Source of the DNA: Chromera velia
Lineage: Eukaryota
DNA length: 59,753 nucleotides
Direction of reading: 5' to 3'
Assembly: GCA_018398765.1 (NCBI GenBank)
Contig: JAHBMJ010000012.1
Span: 1 to 59,753, forward strand
The notes beneath the pieces were generated by a model that saw only the letters and a program-made list of their open reading frames with translations, was not told the origin of the DNA and did not search any database. Shown piece after piece: positions 25,127 to 37,108 of the stretch. The translations under genes were made by a program, and so were the position numbers. Numbering within the stretch: the first letter of the stretch is position 1; each line of letters begins with the position of its first letter.

Positions 25127-25459
25127 TCTGCCGCACAACTTTCGAGAATCAACCAACTTCCGCTATTTTGACTTCCCCGTACTCTTCTTCCAGCGCTAAC
25201 TGCACGCTGTTTGGAAGTAGTGGGGAAATCAAGAAGGAGACGCCGTCACTCGATCTGTCTGGGACCACTAATTTCGAAGGAAAGTTTCAGAACAACAGCT
25301 GCGCTGAATTAAGCACGCAATGTATAGAAAAGTTGGACCAATTATGAAGGGGATCGACAGTTTGCTGATGCCCGGTCGAGCCATGTTACGAAGCTACTGC
25401 TGTTGAAGAAGCAAAGCGCAATTGATATCAATTGATAGAATGATCGAAGGGAAGATACG

Positions 25460-25800
25460 TACGTGCTGCGTAACGCGCACCTGGCGGCGCCAAACGGGCC
25501 GCGGCCCATTTGCATGGGCCCGGCCCCTCCACGTCTTTCTTCTTTCACTTTAAGTGCCATGCACCATGTGCCACCTGTTAATGCACTTTCCGGGGCCAAT
25601 ATGGCGGCTATATGGATCGAGACAGCGCTAGTGGCCGGGTCAATCGCCTGCCTTTTTAAGGAGCTCGCACGGAGTTATTAATACATGCACATGCAGTCAG
25701 TAAGTGCGAACGTTGTCGGCGTCATCGCCTGACGCACGCAAGCGCGCGCGCTCCACAGCCCGATCGATCAATTAACCGCGCCAGAAAATTGTGCTGCCGT
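25460..25800. promoter_or_regulatory. Putative bidirectional promoter between the NPP and kinase genes
   Basis: GC-rich palindromic words (GGGCCC, GCGCGCGC, CGATCGATC, TGCATG) between two divergent starts about 1 kb apart. Confidence 0.45.
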
Positions 25801-26168
25801 CATCTGCGAGAAAAAGATGGGAAAAGAGTTGAGAGACTCGATCCTTCTCGATCGTGTTTGACGGTGATCATCCAAACACTTGTGAAGGTGCACAGACAGT
25901 CTTAAGCGGTGTGTGTGGCATATGACTTTCCTGTCGATACGCAACTCGCTACAGCAAGAATAAGAAAACTGACCAGAAAAAATAATTGCCGGGAAGAAAA
26001 AGGTGGAAGGAAAGGGTCGAGCGCTTTTTGAGATTGGGTGGAGTATGATCAGAAGCAGTTCGGGGTCTCACGTCTTTTGTGCAGTTGAGAACGTGACACA
26101 AGAAAGGAAAAGGCACCATTGTAGTAGAACGACTTGATCACGGTACAGATTACGCAAAACAGCTTTCC

Positions 26169-29100
26169 ATGTCTCACAAAAGCACCAATCCAATGTCTCA
26201 ACTGCTTCGGTAAGTTCTGGTCGCTGTCGTTCTCCGACGCGCTCAAAAAGCCCTGCACTTCATTAGAGCGTTGCATTTCGTCTTCGTTTCTCTCGATTCT
26301 TTGCTGCAGATTTCCGTTGCCTCTCACAACGGGCACGACTAAAGAGGTCGCTTTTGATTCCTCATCTTCCGGAGGTCACCGCCTTCTCTGCTTTGTGGAG
26401 CCAGGGGATGCCTCTCCGCGCTTCGTCATTCCTCTTGAAGGCGGCCGCTTTGTCAACAATGTAACAGACAAGGGGTGAGTCCCGTCGAGGGTTTCCCCCT
26501 TCTGCCGCACCTGTGTTGCTCTGTGGCTTGCGGCTGTGAGGGTGCGAAGACAGTTTACTCGTTTCTTTTTCTTTGTGCGCTGGTTTGTGGTGTTCTGCAG
26601 GCCCTGCATTTTCCTCGTCACGTCTGCGGGAGAATTTGAGTTTCAGTGCACGAGCAGAGAGTCCTGCGAGGGCTGGAACGAGGTTCTTACTGAGGCAGGG
26701 GTCACGCAGTTCAAGTTCACACAGCTGTACAAACTGACCAAGTTCCTCGGAGAAGGATCCTTCGCCCGGGTGCGTGGCTGGGGCTTGGGGAGAAAGAGGG
26801 AAAGTTCCAGTTGTGTGAAAGTGCGCACAGACTGTGGACATGCTAGGGGGTTCTCCGTTGGGGTCGACTCGACCGATCGAGCTTCTTCATTCATCACGAT
26901 TTTTCTGTCTGAAGCCGTTTGTGTGTTTTCTTCTTTAGTCGGTTGACCCTGTAAGATCGCTTCTCCAGCTCCGATGCGCACGAACTGTTTATTTCGATTC
27001 TCTTCTCCTGTTCTCTCTCCCATTTCACGTCTCCTTCCCTCACGTTCCCCTTTCCGCGAATTAAGCCGGTTTCTCTCGTCTTTCTTGTCCCGTCTCATGA
27101 CCAGCTTGCTCCTTTCTTTTCGGTCCCGTTCTGCAGGTGTACCTTGGCCAGCATCTGTACACTGGTGAAGAGGTTGTGGTGAAGGCTGTGGACATGCGCG
27201 CAGCAGTGGACAGCAACCAGAGTGCCCTTGCAGAGATCGGGATCCTCAGAGACATCTCCCATCCGTCCATCTCTCGGCTCTACGCTGCATACGAACAGGG
27301 TGGGTGGGTGGGTGGAGGGAGGAGAGAGGGGGGGGGGTGCTCCCGTGCTCAGCGCTGAATGTATGGAACAGGTTCCCAGTGCATGTGTGTGACGTTTGAT
27401 TTGATTTCCTTCTTGTGGACGCAGCCTCGGATGGTCTTCTTCTGCTTTCCTTCTTATTTACACCCTGTCTGTCTTGTTTTCCTTTTCTTTCACGTAACGT
27501 GCAGACAACCACACCTGCATGGTTCTCGAATACCTGCGGGGGGGGGAACTGTTCGACGCCATAGTAAAGGGAGGTGAGGCGCGAGGGAGGAGCTGCGTAA
27601 TTGATTCAGGTTTTTCCGTTCTTTTTTTTTTCAGGGGCATTTTCTCCTGCCTTCTTTCGTTCCGTTTGTCGCTTGAAGAAAGAAGGGTGAGTGACTCGAT
27701 CCTTGTGAAGAGGGACATCTCATACATGCATGATGTGTCTTTGGCTCGTTCGGTCTCTTCGCCGTTCATGCATCCACGCTCTCCAGGGAGGGAGGGAGGG
27801 AGGGAGCAGAAGATTTTGGAGCCAGACCAAAAAGGATCGAGGTTTTGTTTTCTCCTTTCTGATCCGTTGACTCTGTGTCTCTTCGTACGCACCTGCATTT
27901 CTGTCTCTGGCTGTTAATGATGGTGACACAGAGAGATCTTCCAACCAAATCTCTTCTTGCTGGCTGCACACCGGACTCCTGCAGGGCCAGTGAGGGAGGA
28001 TACCGCACGTCGAGCGATGAAGCGCATCTTCTCGGCTTTAGAGGAGCTGCACCTGAGAGGAATCGTCCACCGAGACGTCAAGACAGAGAACCTGATGCTT
28101 GAGAACGAGAACGACGTCGCGTCTGTCAAACTGATAGGTTCGTGGGTGGGTGGTTGGGGCGGTTACACAGAAAAAAATGCAGGAACAAAGAGGCTGTAGG
28201 TGGACGGATTGGATCTAGGGGGGGTTGGGAGGGAGACAGAAGAGATCGAGGGACCAGTTCGGGGAGCCACCTGTTCCTTCCGTCGAGTCTCCTCACAGCT
28301 GGGGGGACAGGTTTGCTGGATTATCTCTGTCGTGCCTGCTCTCACACGATGGCTGTCCTAAGAGTGTCTCGAAGTCTGCCTTCCCTTCGCATGATCTCGG
28401 GTCGGCGAGTACGGATGTGCGTCCTGACTCTTGAATGGTTGAACGATGCATGGTAGTTGGTCTTCTCCTCATGGTGCCGTGTGTGTGATTCATCATGATG
28501 CGGGTGCAGATTTCGGCCTCGCTACTCGACTCGGGTCTCCTCACATGAGCATGCGCTGCGGATCGCCCGGATACGTCGGTGAGTGAGGGAGGGGTGAGAG
28601 GGTGTGTGTGGCATAGAGTAGAGGCTTCTTGGGATGGACGACTGCTGCCCGTCATTTCTCTCTCTATTCGAGCAGATCCCACTTACTTACGGGCTCTGTT
28701 TGCACACGCCACTCTGACTGGCCATTACGCCCCTCTTCCTCTTCCTCTCCGTGCCCACCACGGCATCAGGCAGGATCCTGTCACACAGAGGAGCGAGGAG
28801 ATGTTTGTTGGGTTCTTTTTTCTTCTCTTCATTCAATGACTTCATTCACCCCGGTCCTCTCACTCACTTAGAGAGAGAAGAAACAATACGCCCTCATGCA
28901 CTGACTTCAGCCTGACCTCCGAACTCTGTTGTTGTCATCAATGCTGTTTGCAGCGCCAGAAATTCTGGCGAACCACCCGTATGACTGCAAAGTCGACGTG
29001 TTCTCCGCCGGGGTGATTTGCTTCATTCTCCTTGAAGGTCGCCCTCCGTTTCTGGGCAAAGGTCTTTTGGAAATTGTCCGAAAAAACCTGAGGTGTCAGA

Positions 29101-31457
29101 TCTCCTTCTCCGCCCCCCAGTGGGCTTCCGTTTCCCCCGCCGCTGTCGCGTTCATTCAAGCATGCTGCTCAGTAGACCCAGCAAAGAGGCTGAGCTCTAC
29201 GGAGGCCCTGTCTCACCCGTGGATGAACGGAGCGTGGGAGATGCCGAAGAACCCCTTCCATCTCACCCTGCCGTTCCCTCCAGTCTCCACTGTTCCCTCC
29301 GATTTGCTGGGAGAAGGGGAGACTGTCGAGGGAAGTGCAGACACCGCTGCGTCCTCAGGAGAGGCCTCAGTCTCTGCGGTTGAGAGGTCGGACAGCTGCA
29401 ACGACGACATGGCACCGATCTCTTTCGTGGGAGGGGAAGAGGAAGAAGAAGAGCAGCAATACAGAGTCTCTAGAAGAGACGGGGGAAGTGGGGGAGGGTA
29501 CCCAGCCTCAGATGAGAGATCGTTTCTTTCCCCAGACAGCAGACCGCCTGCAGGAGGAGGAGGGGGAGGGGCGGCTCAGCCCTCGAAGGAGACAGCTCCA
29601 TCCTCCTCCCCCTCCTCATCCAACAGCAGTCTCTCAACTGCGAGAGCCCTCCCGATCCCCCCTGGCGGTTCTCCGTCTCCCTCTCCGTCGGCCCGCGTAT
29701 CGTCCATCGCGGCTCTTCAGATGATTGGGGGGGACTGCGAGGAGGATGAGGATGAAAAGGGGATGATGGTAGAGGGGGGCGGAAAGAGAAGTTTCAATGG
29801 TGGTTTTCTTGACTGCCAGGACCTTCAGACGTGGAGCAGAAGCCGAATAAATCTGCCCCTCGCAGAGCTGAGGGGGGAGCTGGAAGGAAGGGTCGGGGGC
29901 TCCTCAGGGTCATCGGGAGAGAACCGCTCTCGCTCCGTCTCTCCCGCTCCTTGCGGGGTTCCTACTGTCGCCCTTCCGCTCAGTGACAGAGAAGGGGACG
30001 TTTCCGTCGCCCCCTATTCTTCTGCATGCACACCCCCATTGGTCTCCGATGGCGCTCAGCCGTCCGGAGAGGTGCTTGTGGGAAGTTGTGCAGTGGAGGG
30101 CAGAGGGGATGGGGGGGAGTTTGGAGACACTGAGGCTTCCCGACTCCTGAACCGACTCCATACATCAGTGCCTATCCTGGCAACTGCCTCCGTTCGCCTC
30201 CGCCGGGCCCGTCTGCAGAAGACCCTGTTTGGAGGCATTGACCCTCAGACAGGCGTCCGAAAAAGGACAGCAGACAACAGTCAGAATGCCGCTCACCTTT
30301 CCTTCCTCAGTGCTGCAGAGGCCGCCAAAACAAGAGCAGCAGATATGCCTCTGAGTTTCCCGTCTGATGAGAGAGAGTGCGAAGGGGGGGGTTGGGGGGA
30401 TTTAGAGGACTCGGGGGCGTTGCGGCGGTTCTCGACCCTCGCCCACTTTTGGACCTCCGCCCATGTGGCCTCCGTGCCCCACCCCACTGCGTGTGACCCC
30501 ACCGCCGCCCTCCCTCCGCAGAAAGCAGCAGCGTCGATACCGGAAAACCAACATCAGGCGCCAACAGACTGCGGGCGAGATGCGGGGAGGGGGGGTGATT
30601 CCGGGGTGGAGTCGGGACGCCCTCCGCGTTCCTCGTCGAGTCTCCTCATTTCTTCTGCAGGGGAGAGTAGAGCAGCTGCTGAAAAGAGAGGGGGGATGTG
30701 CGAAGAAGAGGAGGGAAGAGAGGGAGTCACCCAAAGAGAACAGCAGCAGCAGCAGCAGCAGTCGGATGCAGGCTCTTCCACTGTCCTCTGCAAGTGCTGT
30801 CACAGCGGTCTCTCCCAAATCTCCCAGGCCCCCCCCTCGATGTGTCACACCCCAGAGACCCCCTCCCTCACGCTCCCCACATCCCGACAAACCTCGCGGA
30901 CTGACGATGAGTCCGGGACAGTGAAAGGGATAGCGGTTTCAGAAGTCGAAGAAGAAGAAGAAGAGGGCGGAGAGAGGGAGGAAGAGGTTCTTCGTCACGA
31001 CCACCGTCGACGTTCCGCCCCCGCCGAGGGACCCCTCCCCGGGGGTCAGATTGCTCTGATTGAAGACGGCCCGTCCGAATGGGCAGGGTCGAGGCTTCTG
31101 AGGGGTGACCGCTCGGTTGGTCTTTTGCGGAGACGGCTGTTTGGTCGGGAACGATTTCTTTCCGACCCTTCTCAAGCCTCTCATGCCTTCGCAACCGCTG
31201 TTAAGGGGGGGCTTGCGGCTCTCCGCCGTTATGAGACGTCACCTCTAGAGTCTGAGGGGGGAGGGAAAACCATTGAGGGCGGGGGAAGCCCCCTGACATG
31301 TTCAGTGCGAAGAGAGCGCTCGGGATCGTCCGTGTCTTCTCTCAGCAGTCGGAGAACCGCGGCAAGAACCGAACTGAGAGCCTCACTTGTAGCAGCAGCA
31401 GTAGTTGACCTGTCTTCTCTGAGAAGCTTGGGTGGGCGTGGAGGTGGGGAGGGATGA
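26169..31457 (+). CDS. PH-domain + CAMK-group Ser/Thr protein kinase with a ~730-aa disordered tail. Exons 26169-26209, 26310-26474, 26601-26769, 27137-27299, 27505-27573, 27985-28137, 28510-28578, 28954-31457
   Basis: LGEGSFAR|VY, VVVK, MVLEYLRGGELF, HRDVKTEN, DFG (split by an intron), CGSPGYV|APE and DVFSAGVI are all present. The upstream RFVIPLEG...FEFQCTSRESCEGWNEVL segment fits a PH-domain C-terminus. Confidence 0.92.
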
Positions 31458-33997
31458 AGCGAGAGAGGAGATCGAGAGAGATGCGGAGGCTGCATTTGCT
31501 GTCCGTCGGGTCATTTGAAGGAGGAATGAATGCATGAATGAATGAAGTCAAAGAGGGGATCTGAAAACACCATGTCGAGCTTTCTCTCTCTGTGATCGTG
31601 TGCCTTGCTTCACTTCAACAGATAGAAGAATAATGCAGCGAAAAGAAAGTGCAGGCAGCAGGGCAGGCACGTTGGGTGGAAGGGGGGGGTGACGGTAGCG
31701 AGAGCTGCTCTTTCACCTTCCTTCCACTTCACTTCATTTCTTCTGGCGCCGTGAAAAGAGAAGAGATGAGAGAGAAAGAGAGAGAGAGAGCCTGAAGAGA
31801 TCCATCCGTCTTTGTGGAGAGAGAAAAAGAAGAGGAAACATTGAGAGGGAGAGATTGAAACCGATCTTCCTTCCTTCGGTTCCTCTCAGTAGAAGTCCCC
31901 TCCCTCCCTGCGTGTATGTTGTCATTTCATTTGAGTGGAGAGTGGGAGGGAGCATGAAGGAGACGGAAGCCCCGGGAAAGAATCACTTCTTCACTCTATC
32001 AAGGAAGGAAAAGGGAAAGAGGGAGGGAGGGAGAGAGAAAGCCGCTGACTAAAAAATCACTTTAAAGAAAGAGAGGAAGCGAGGGGATGTGGCGGTGCCG
32101 GGCCGGGCCACGGAAGCGCAGAGTTTCCTCCTCTCCGCTTGACTCTCTCGGGTCCCCATGCGCGGCTGCGGTTGACAAGAAAATTAAAATGCTGCGGTCG
32201 ATTGATGGATGGATGGAGCATCAATCGATTCATGCAGAGAGCAGAGCAGAGTAAGTCAACCTGCAGACAGACGGATTCATTCATTTGATGTTTGGGTGGG
32301 TGGGCAGCCGTCTCGTCTCTTTTCTGACGGACTGAAGGAAGGTCTTGCTCGATGTACGTATTTTCTCTCTTTCTTTCTTGAAGACACGAAAAGAATAAAA
32401 GAACAAAGAGATGGCGATCCCCTATACATAGACAGAGAGGTCAAGCCGGAGCGTCAAAGTTGAGGGAGAAATGTTGGACGAGAAAGTGATGAATGTGAGA
32501 TGTCAATTGCACACCAGTGTTCAAGGCTCTCCAACAATTTCTGTATCGGCTTCATTCCAACGTGTGCTTGCATTTGGAGGTTTCGATGGGAACATGAGTG
32601 TCCCACAATCCTTCCTCTCTTCTATTCTGCGTCTTCTTTCCAATCACTTTTCTTCTTTCTCAGTTCAGATCTTCCCTTTTTCTTTCTTCCTCCATCCATC
32701 TCTTTCCTCTGTCTCTGTCTGAGTGAACTTTTCATTCATTTGTGTTGTGGACCTGGGGCCCTTGGCGGCCATATTTTTCCAGTCTTTCCTTCCTCTCTTT
32801 TCTTTCTTGCTTCTTCCCTTCGATCTATTCCAAAGAGAATTCTTTACATGTTCCCTCTTTACTCCCATTCATTCCAAGCTCAGCTCGGTGTATCGATTGA
32901 TCGGTCGAGATGTTGGTCTGGTGAACTGGAGTTTGGAGGGACGGAATGAATGAATGAATGAATAAATGAAGAGAAGAGCAGGAAAAGGAAGAGAGAGAAG
33001 GAACAGGGAGACGTTGGGCGGTCTCTCTGGATCAGAATCTGACCAGAGACTGAGTGGGCGCGAGAACGAGAAATAAGTCTGCTTGTTTCTTCACTTCTTC
33101 CTGCGCTCGAACCGGCGATCTTAATGTTCCATTGTTGGAGAGTAGAGGTAGGTTGTGGGTGTGAGTCAAAGAAATGGTCATGCATTTGGCATGCATTTCG
33201 GGATGTCCGTCAGTTAGTGAATGAATAGTTGGCGACTGAAGGACTCGAGGGAGCAACGACTGAAGGAAGGAGATTTCTCTAGACAACAAAAAGAAGAGAC
33301 GCCACAATGTCAAGAAACGGACACATGACCTTGAAAAGAAAAAAGGAAGGTGACTTAAGTAATGCTGTGAGTAAATGGGGAGAGATTCCATCTGTGCGTG
33401 GCGCTGATGCTGCTGGTGCTGTTGCTTTTGCTGATTTGCGTTGAAACGATCGAGCGAGCGAGGCAGGCAAACTTTGGTTCTTTCTTTGTTCGTCTGTTAG
33501 TAGAAGGTCGGAGGGAGGGAGGGAAGGGTGTACCCTTTCTTTCTTTCTGTGAAGGCAAAACGAAAAAGACAGGCAGACATACAGGCAAGCACAGTCGACT
33601 GTACGAAAGTTCTTCCTTTCCTTCCATGGACGAGCCGTCGAACAAACGAACGAAAGGAAGACCGCTTTCTGTTTGTTTGAGGGAAAGAAACAGTACCAAA
33701 ATGGAAGTAAACTGCTCGACTGAACTCTGTTTGTCTGCCTCGTCCGCCTGTCTGTCTGCTCTATGAACGTTTGTGGCTTTTGTATTCCTCCCCCTGCTTT
33801 TCTCCCTCCCACCCTCTCTCAATAGATGTGTGTGCAAGTTTTTCTTTCAACAAGGCGATGTATGCATGCCTGAGTATGAGTAAGCAAATGGAAACGCGGC
33901 AAGAAAGGCTCGTGAATGAATGAATGAATGAACAAAGCAACGGCGCTCGATCGACCGAAAGTCTTCGTCAATGTTGCGCTTTCCTTCCTCTTCGCCC

Positions 33998-34156
33998 TTT
34001 CTTTCTTTCTTTCTTTCTTTCTTTTCTTTCTTTTCTTTCTTTTCTTTCTTTTCTTTCTTTCTTTTCTTTCTTTCTTTCTTTCTTTCTTTCTTTTTTTTCT
34101 TTCTTTCTTTCTTTCTTTCTTTCTTTTTTTTCTTTCTTTCTTTTCTTTCTTTCTTT
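33998..34156. repeat. (TTTC)n-type pyrimidine microsatellite
   Basis: Directly visible. It is the source of the K/E/R- and F/S/L-repeat ORFs. Confidence 0.95.
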
Positions 34157-36983
34157 GCGTCGATGAGGAATTCGTCCGTCGCCTCGGCCCTTCTCCCACT
34201 CCCCCTTCCAAAAAACGTTTGTTGAGGCACATTGGGGTGTTACCTGTCTGCATCTGTATCTGTGCCGGCCTGTTTGTCTGTGAGTCAGACAGACAGGCAT
34301 GACTGAGCCCGTGAGGAGGGTAACTCAAGCACACACGGGCAGACTGCCTTGCTTGCTTGCGAATTCTCGATGCACAATGTGTGTCTGTCTAAAAGGCTTC
34401 TTCTTCTTCTTCTTCCTTGTTCGTCCTCCTTTGTTTTTCTTTCTGGCAGAGACTTTGAAATCGCCAGATTTTATTTGAATGTCCCCCCACAAAGACAAGA
34501 AAAGAAAGGGACTGAACCCTGACACACAGCCTGACGGAACAATCGAGTGAAAATTCTTGTCGTGCAAGGAGGTGGCGGTGGGCTTCTGCTGGAATTGACT
34601 TACTGCTGAGAAGAAAGGTCTGAAGGCCGACCGACCGGTTTGTCGGACACGCACGCAAGGAGGGATGGGCAGTCGTAACTCTGACGAACGAGGGTGGTGA
34701 CAGAAAAGAAAGGAAGGAAAGAAAGAAATGCAGAAAACGAATCGAGGGCAGATGGGAATTGAAAGAAAGCAATCAACACAAATTTCTCCAAGTAGGACTT
34801 TAAACTTCCACAATTGAGAAGAATAGTCAATCGATCACACATCCCTCTACAGAATTACACATTGAGAACGAGGGGTGGGTACAAAACACAGCAAGCAGCA
34901 TTGAGGCAGAAGTCCTGGGTCGGGAGGGTCAATTTTCTCTCTCTATCGTTTTAAAGGAAAGAGCGAAGTCTGCTTGCTGAAGAAGAAAGAACTCGTTTGT
35001 TGGACTGCGAACGAAACAGAGAGAAAAGAAGGAGCAAAAAAAAGGCGTCGTGGAGACAGAGGCATGGCACCCGAATCTCGCTGAACACGAGAAACACATA
35101 CCGCTTTTAAGGATTCTCTGAAGAGGGAGAGGGAAAGCAGGAGAGGGAAAGCAAGAGAACTGCGAAGGTGCTTCTCTGTTCCATTGAGACAGGCGCCTTT
35201 GCTCCTTAAATACAGAACAGGTGCACTTGTGTGCACTGCGTTCATTCGCACTCAAGCCAGTAGATGGCTTGCAAGCCTATCCTCTGAAAAGCCCTCCCCC
35301 AGTGGTATGGACAGGATGGAAAAGGCGTGAATAACAATGAGACAGTGCCTTCCCCAGCTCGATCAAGTGAGGATTCCTTTCCTTTTCTGTCGCAGCATCC
35401 CTTGGGTAAGAGCAAGAGAGCTAGACAGACGCGTGACTGCGTGGATCCAAACGGGCTGGACAGAAGAGAGAAGGGTGTGTCTATCTGTTCATCTGTCTGT
35501 CTGTCTGTCTGTAAGCTCGTTTGAAATTTTTCGTCTCGTCTGTTTGTTCTTTGGGACTTGTGTGAATTTTTTCGTTTCTCGCTTCTTTCTCTCTATACAT
35601 CTCTTTCTTCACCTCACTTCTTTTATCGTTTTTCTGTTCTCTGATAGATTTGTCGGTCGACTGACCGACGCGAGGCAGGCAACAAAAACAAACCAGGGCC
35701 GAAAAGGATAGAGGAAGGAAGGAGGAATCCTCGAGCGTTGAGGCCAAAAACCAAAAGAAAATGGGAACAGAAGTAGAGGCCGATCGACAAGATCGAACCG
35801 CCTCCCTCAAGAAGCTTTGTCTTCGTTGAGTTAACTGGCCGAGTCCCAAAGAAAAAAAAAAAGGAAACGCTTCTGACCGACCGATAGAGCAGGTGAGGTG
35901 ATTGGCGCTTGCGCGCTTTTCATCGATCGATCTGTGGGCCCGCCCTCCTTTTTCTTTTCTTTTCTTTTGACCAATCGACCAATTCTTTCTAAATTAAGCC
36001 TCGATCTGAGAGCACAAATATGGTAGCGAAGAGGGTAGATGAGGGAAGTAGATGCGTGAAAAAAGAGAAGCGTGAATGCGTGTCGTGGCGTGGTCTGGCC
36101 GTTTGGTGATTGCAGGTGCCCGTTTGTGTCTCGTCAAACCGGCAAATTAAGATGATGGATGGATGCTGCTCCCTTCTCTTTTAGTGGAATGAATCTGCCT
36201 TTATTCCTCTGTCGGCCTGGTGTTCAAAGAAACCGATTGATTTCCTTCTCCCCCCCTTCTCGTTCTTCCTTCAGAAATGTACACGACTGGCTTGTTGAAT
36301 GGGTGGCTGGGTGCGAGGGTGGAGAAACAAATGGATGCATGCGTGCATAGAGAATGTGTGACTGACTAGCGGATTCATGTCGTTGGTGACTATGTGAATC
36401 CGACCGCCTGCGCTTTGTTAGAAAGGCGTGCGGGCAGGTCCGTTAAGGAACGAAAAAAGTTAGACAGCGGGTGCAGAGATTTGTGCTTGCCTTTGTGAAA
36501 AGGGGATGAAGGCGAGCGGAGAAGAGTGGGTGGGGAAACGGTACGGATGGAAAGATGGGACCTGATGGCTGACGGGCTTCTTCAGGATGCATGGGTACGT
36601 GGTTGTTTCTGCCTGTCAGCCGCCCATCTTTTTCTCCTACCGTCTTCTGTCTGTTGCTCTCTCTCTTTCTCTCTCTTCATGATGTCGACCGCGCAGTTCA
36701 TCGATCGATCGAGAGAGATCTTCACGTTGTTGTCCTGTGACAGTCCCTTGATTGCATACTGGCAGGCACATCTCTGCATCCCTTTGTTTGCATTCATGTA
36801 TGCGTGTCTGTGTGCATGTGTGAGAGAGAGAAAAGAAAGATGGGAATGTGGAGCGTTTTGCGTCGGTGTTCCTGTTGGCGAATGCGGTGGGTATGTATCA
36901 AAACAGCTCTGTCCCCGGCTGTACACATTGACGGATGGATATTTCTTTCACTTTCTCTCTCGTCTTGTGGGCCACTGATGCTA

Positions 36984-37108
36984 TCTGTCTGGCTTCTTCT
37001 CCCCCTCCCCCTGCCTGTCTGTCTGTCTGGCTTCTTCTCCCCCTCCCCCTGTCTGTCTGCCTGTCTGTCTGGCTTCTTCTCCCCCTCCCCCTGTCTGTCT
37101 GCCTGTCT
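36984..37108. repeat. Minisatellite, 3 copies of a ~38-42-bp unit (TCTGTCTGGCTTCTTCTCCCCCTCCCCCTG...)
   Basis: Three near-identical tandem copies are visible. Confidence 0.85.

Noticed and set aside
33819..34334. Lys/Glu/Arg-rich and Phe/Ser-rich ORFs
   Set aside because: Products of a (TTTC)n microsatellite that is open in multiple frames.
36369..36402. Hairpin CGGATTCAT...GTGAATCCG
   Set aside because: Short and imperfect, with no tRNA, snoRNA or SECIS features. Expected by chance.
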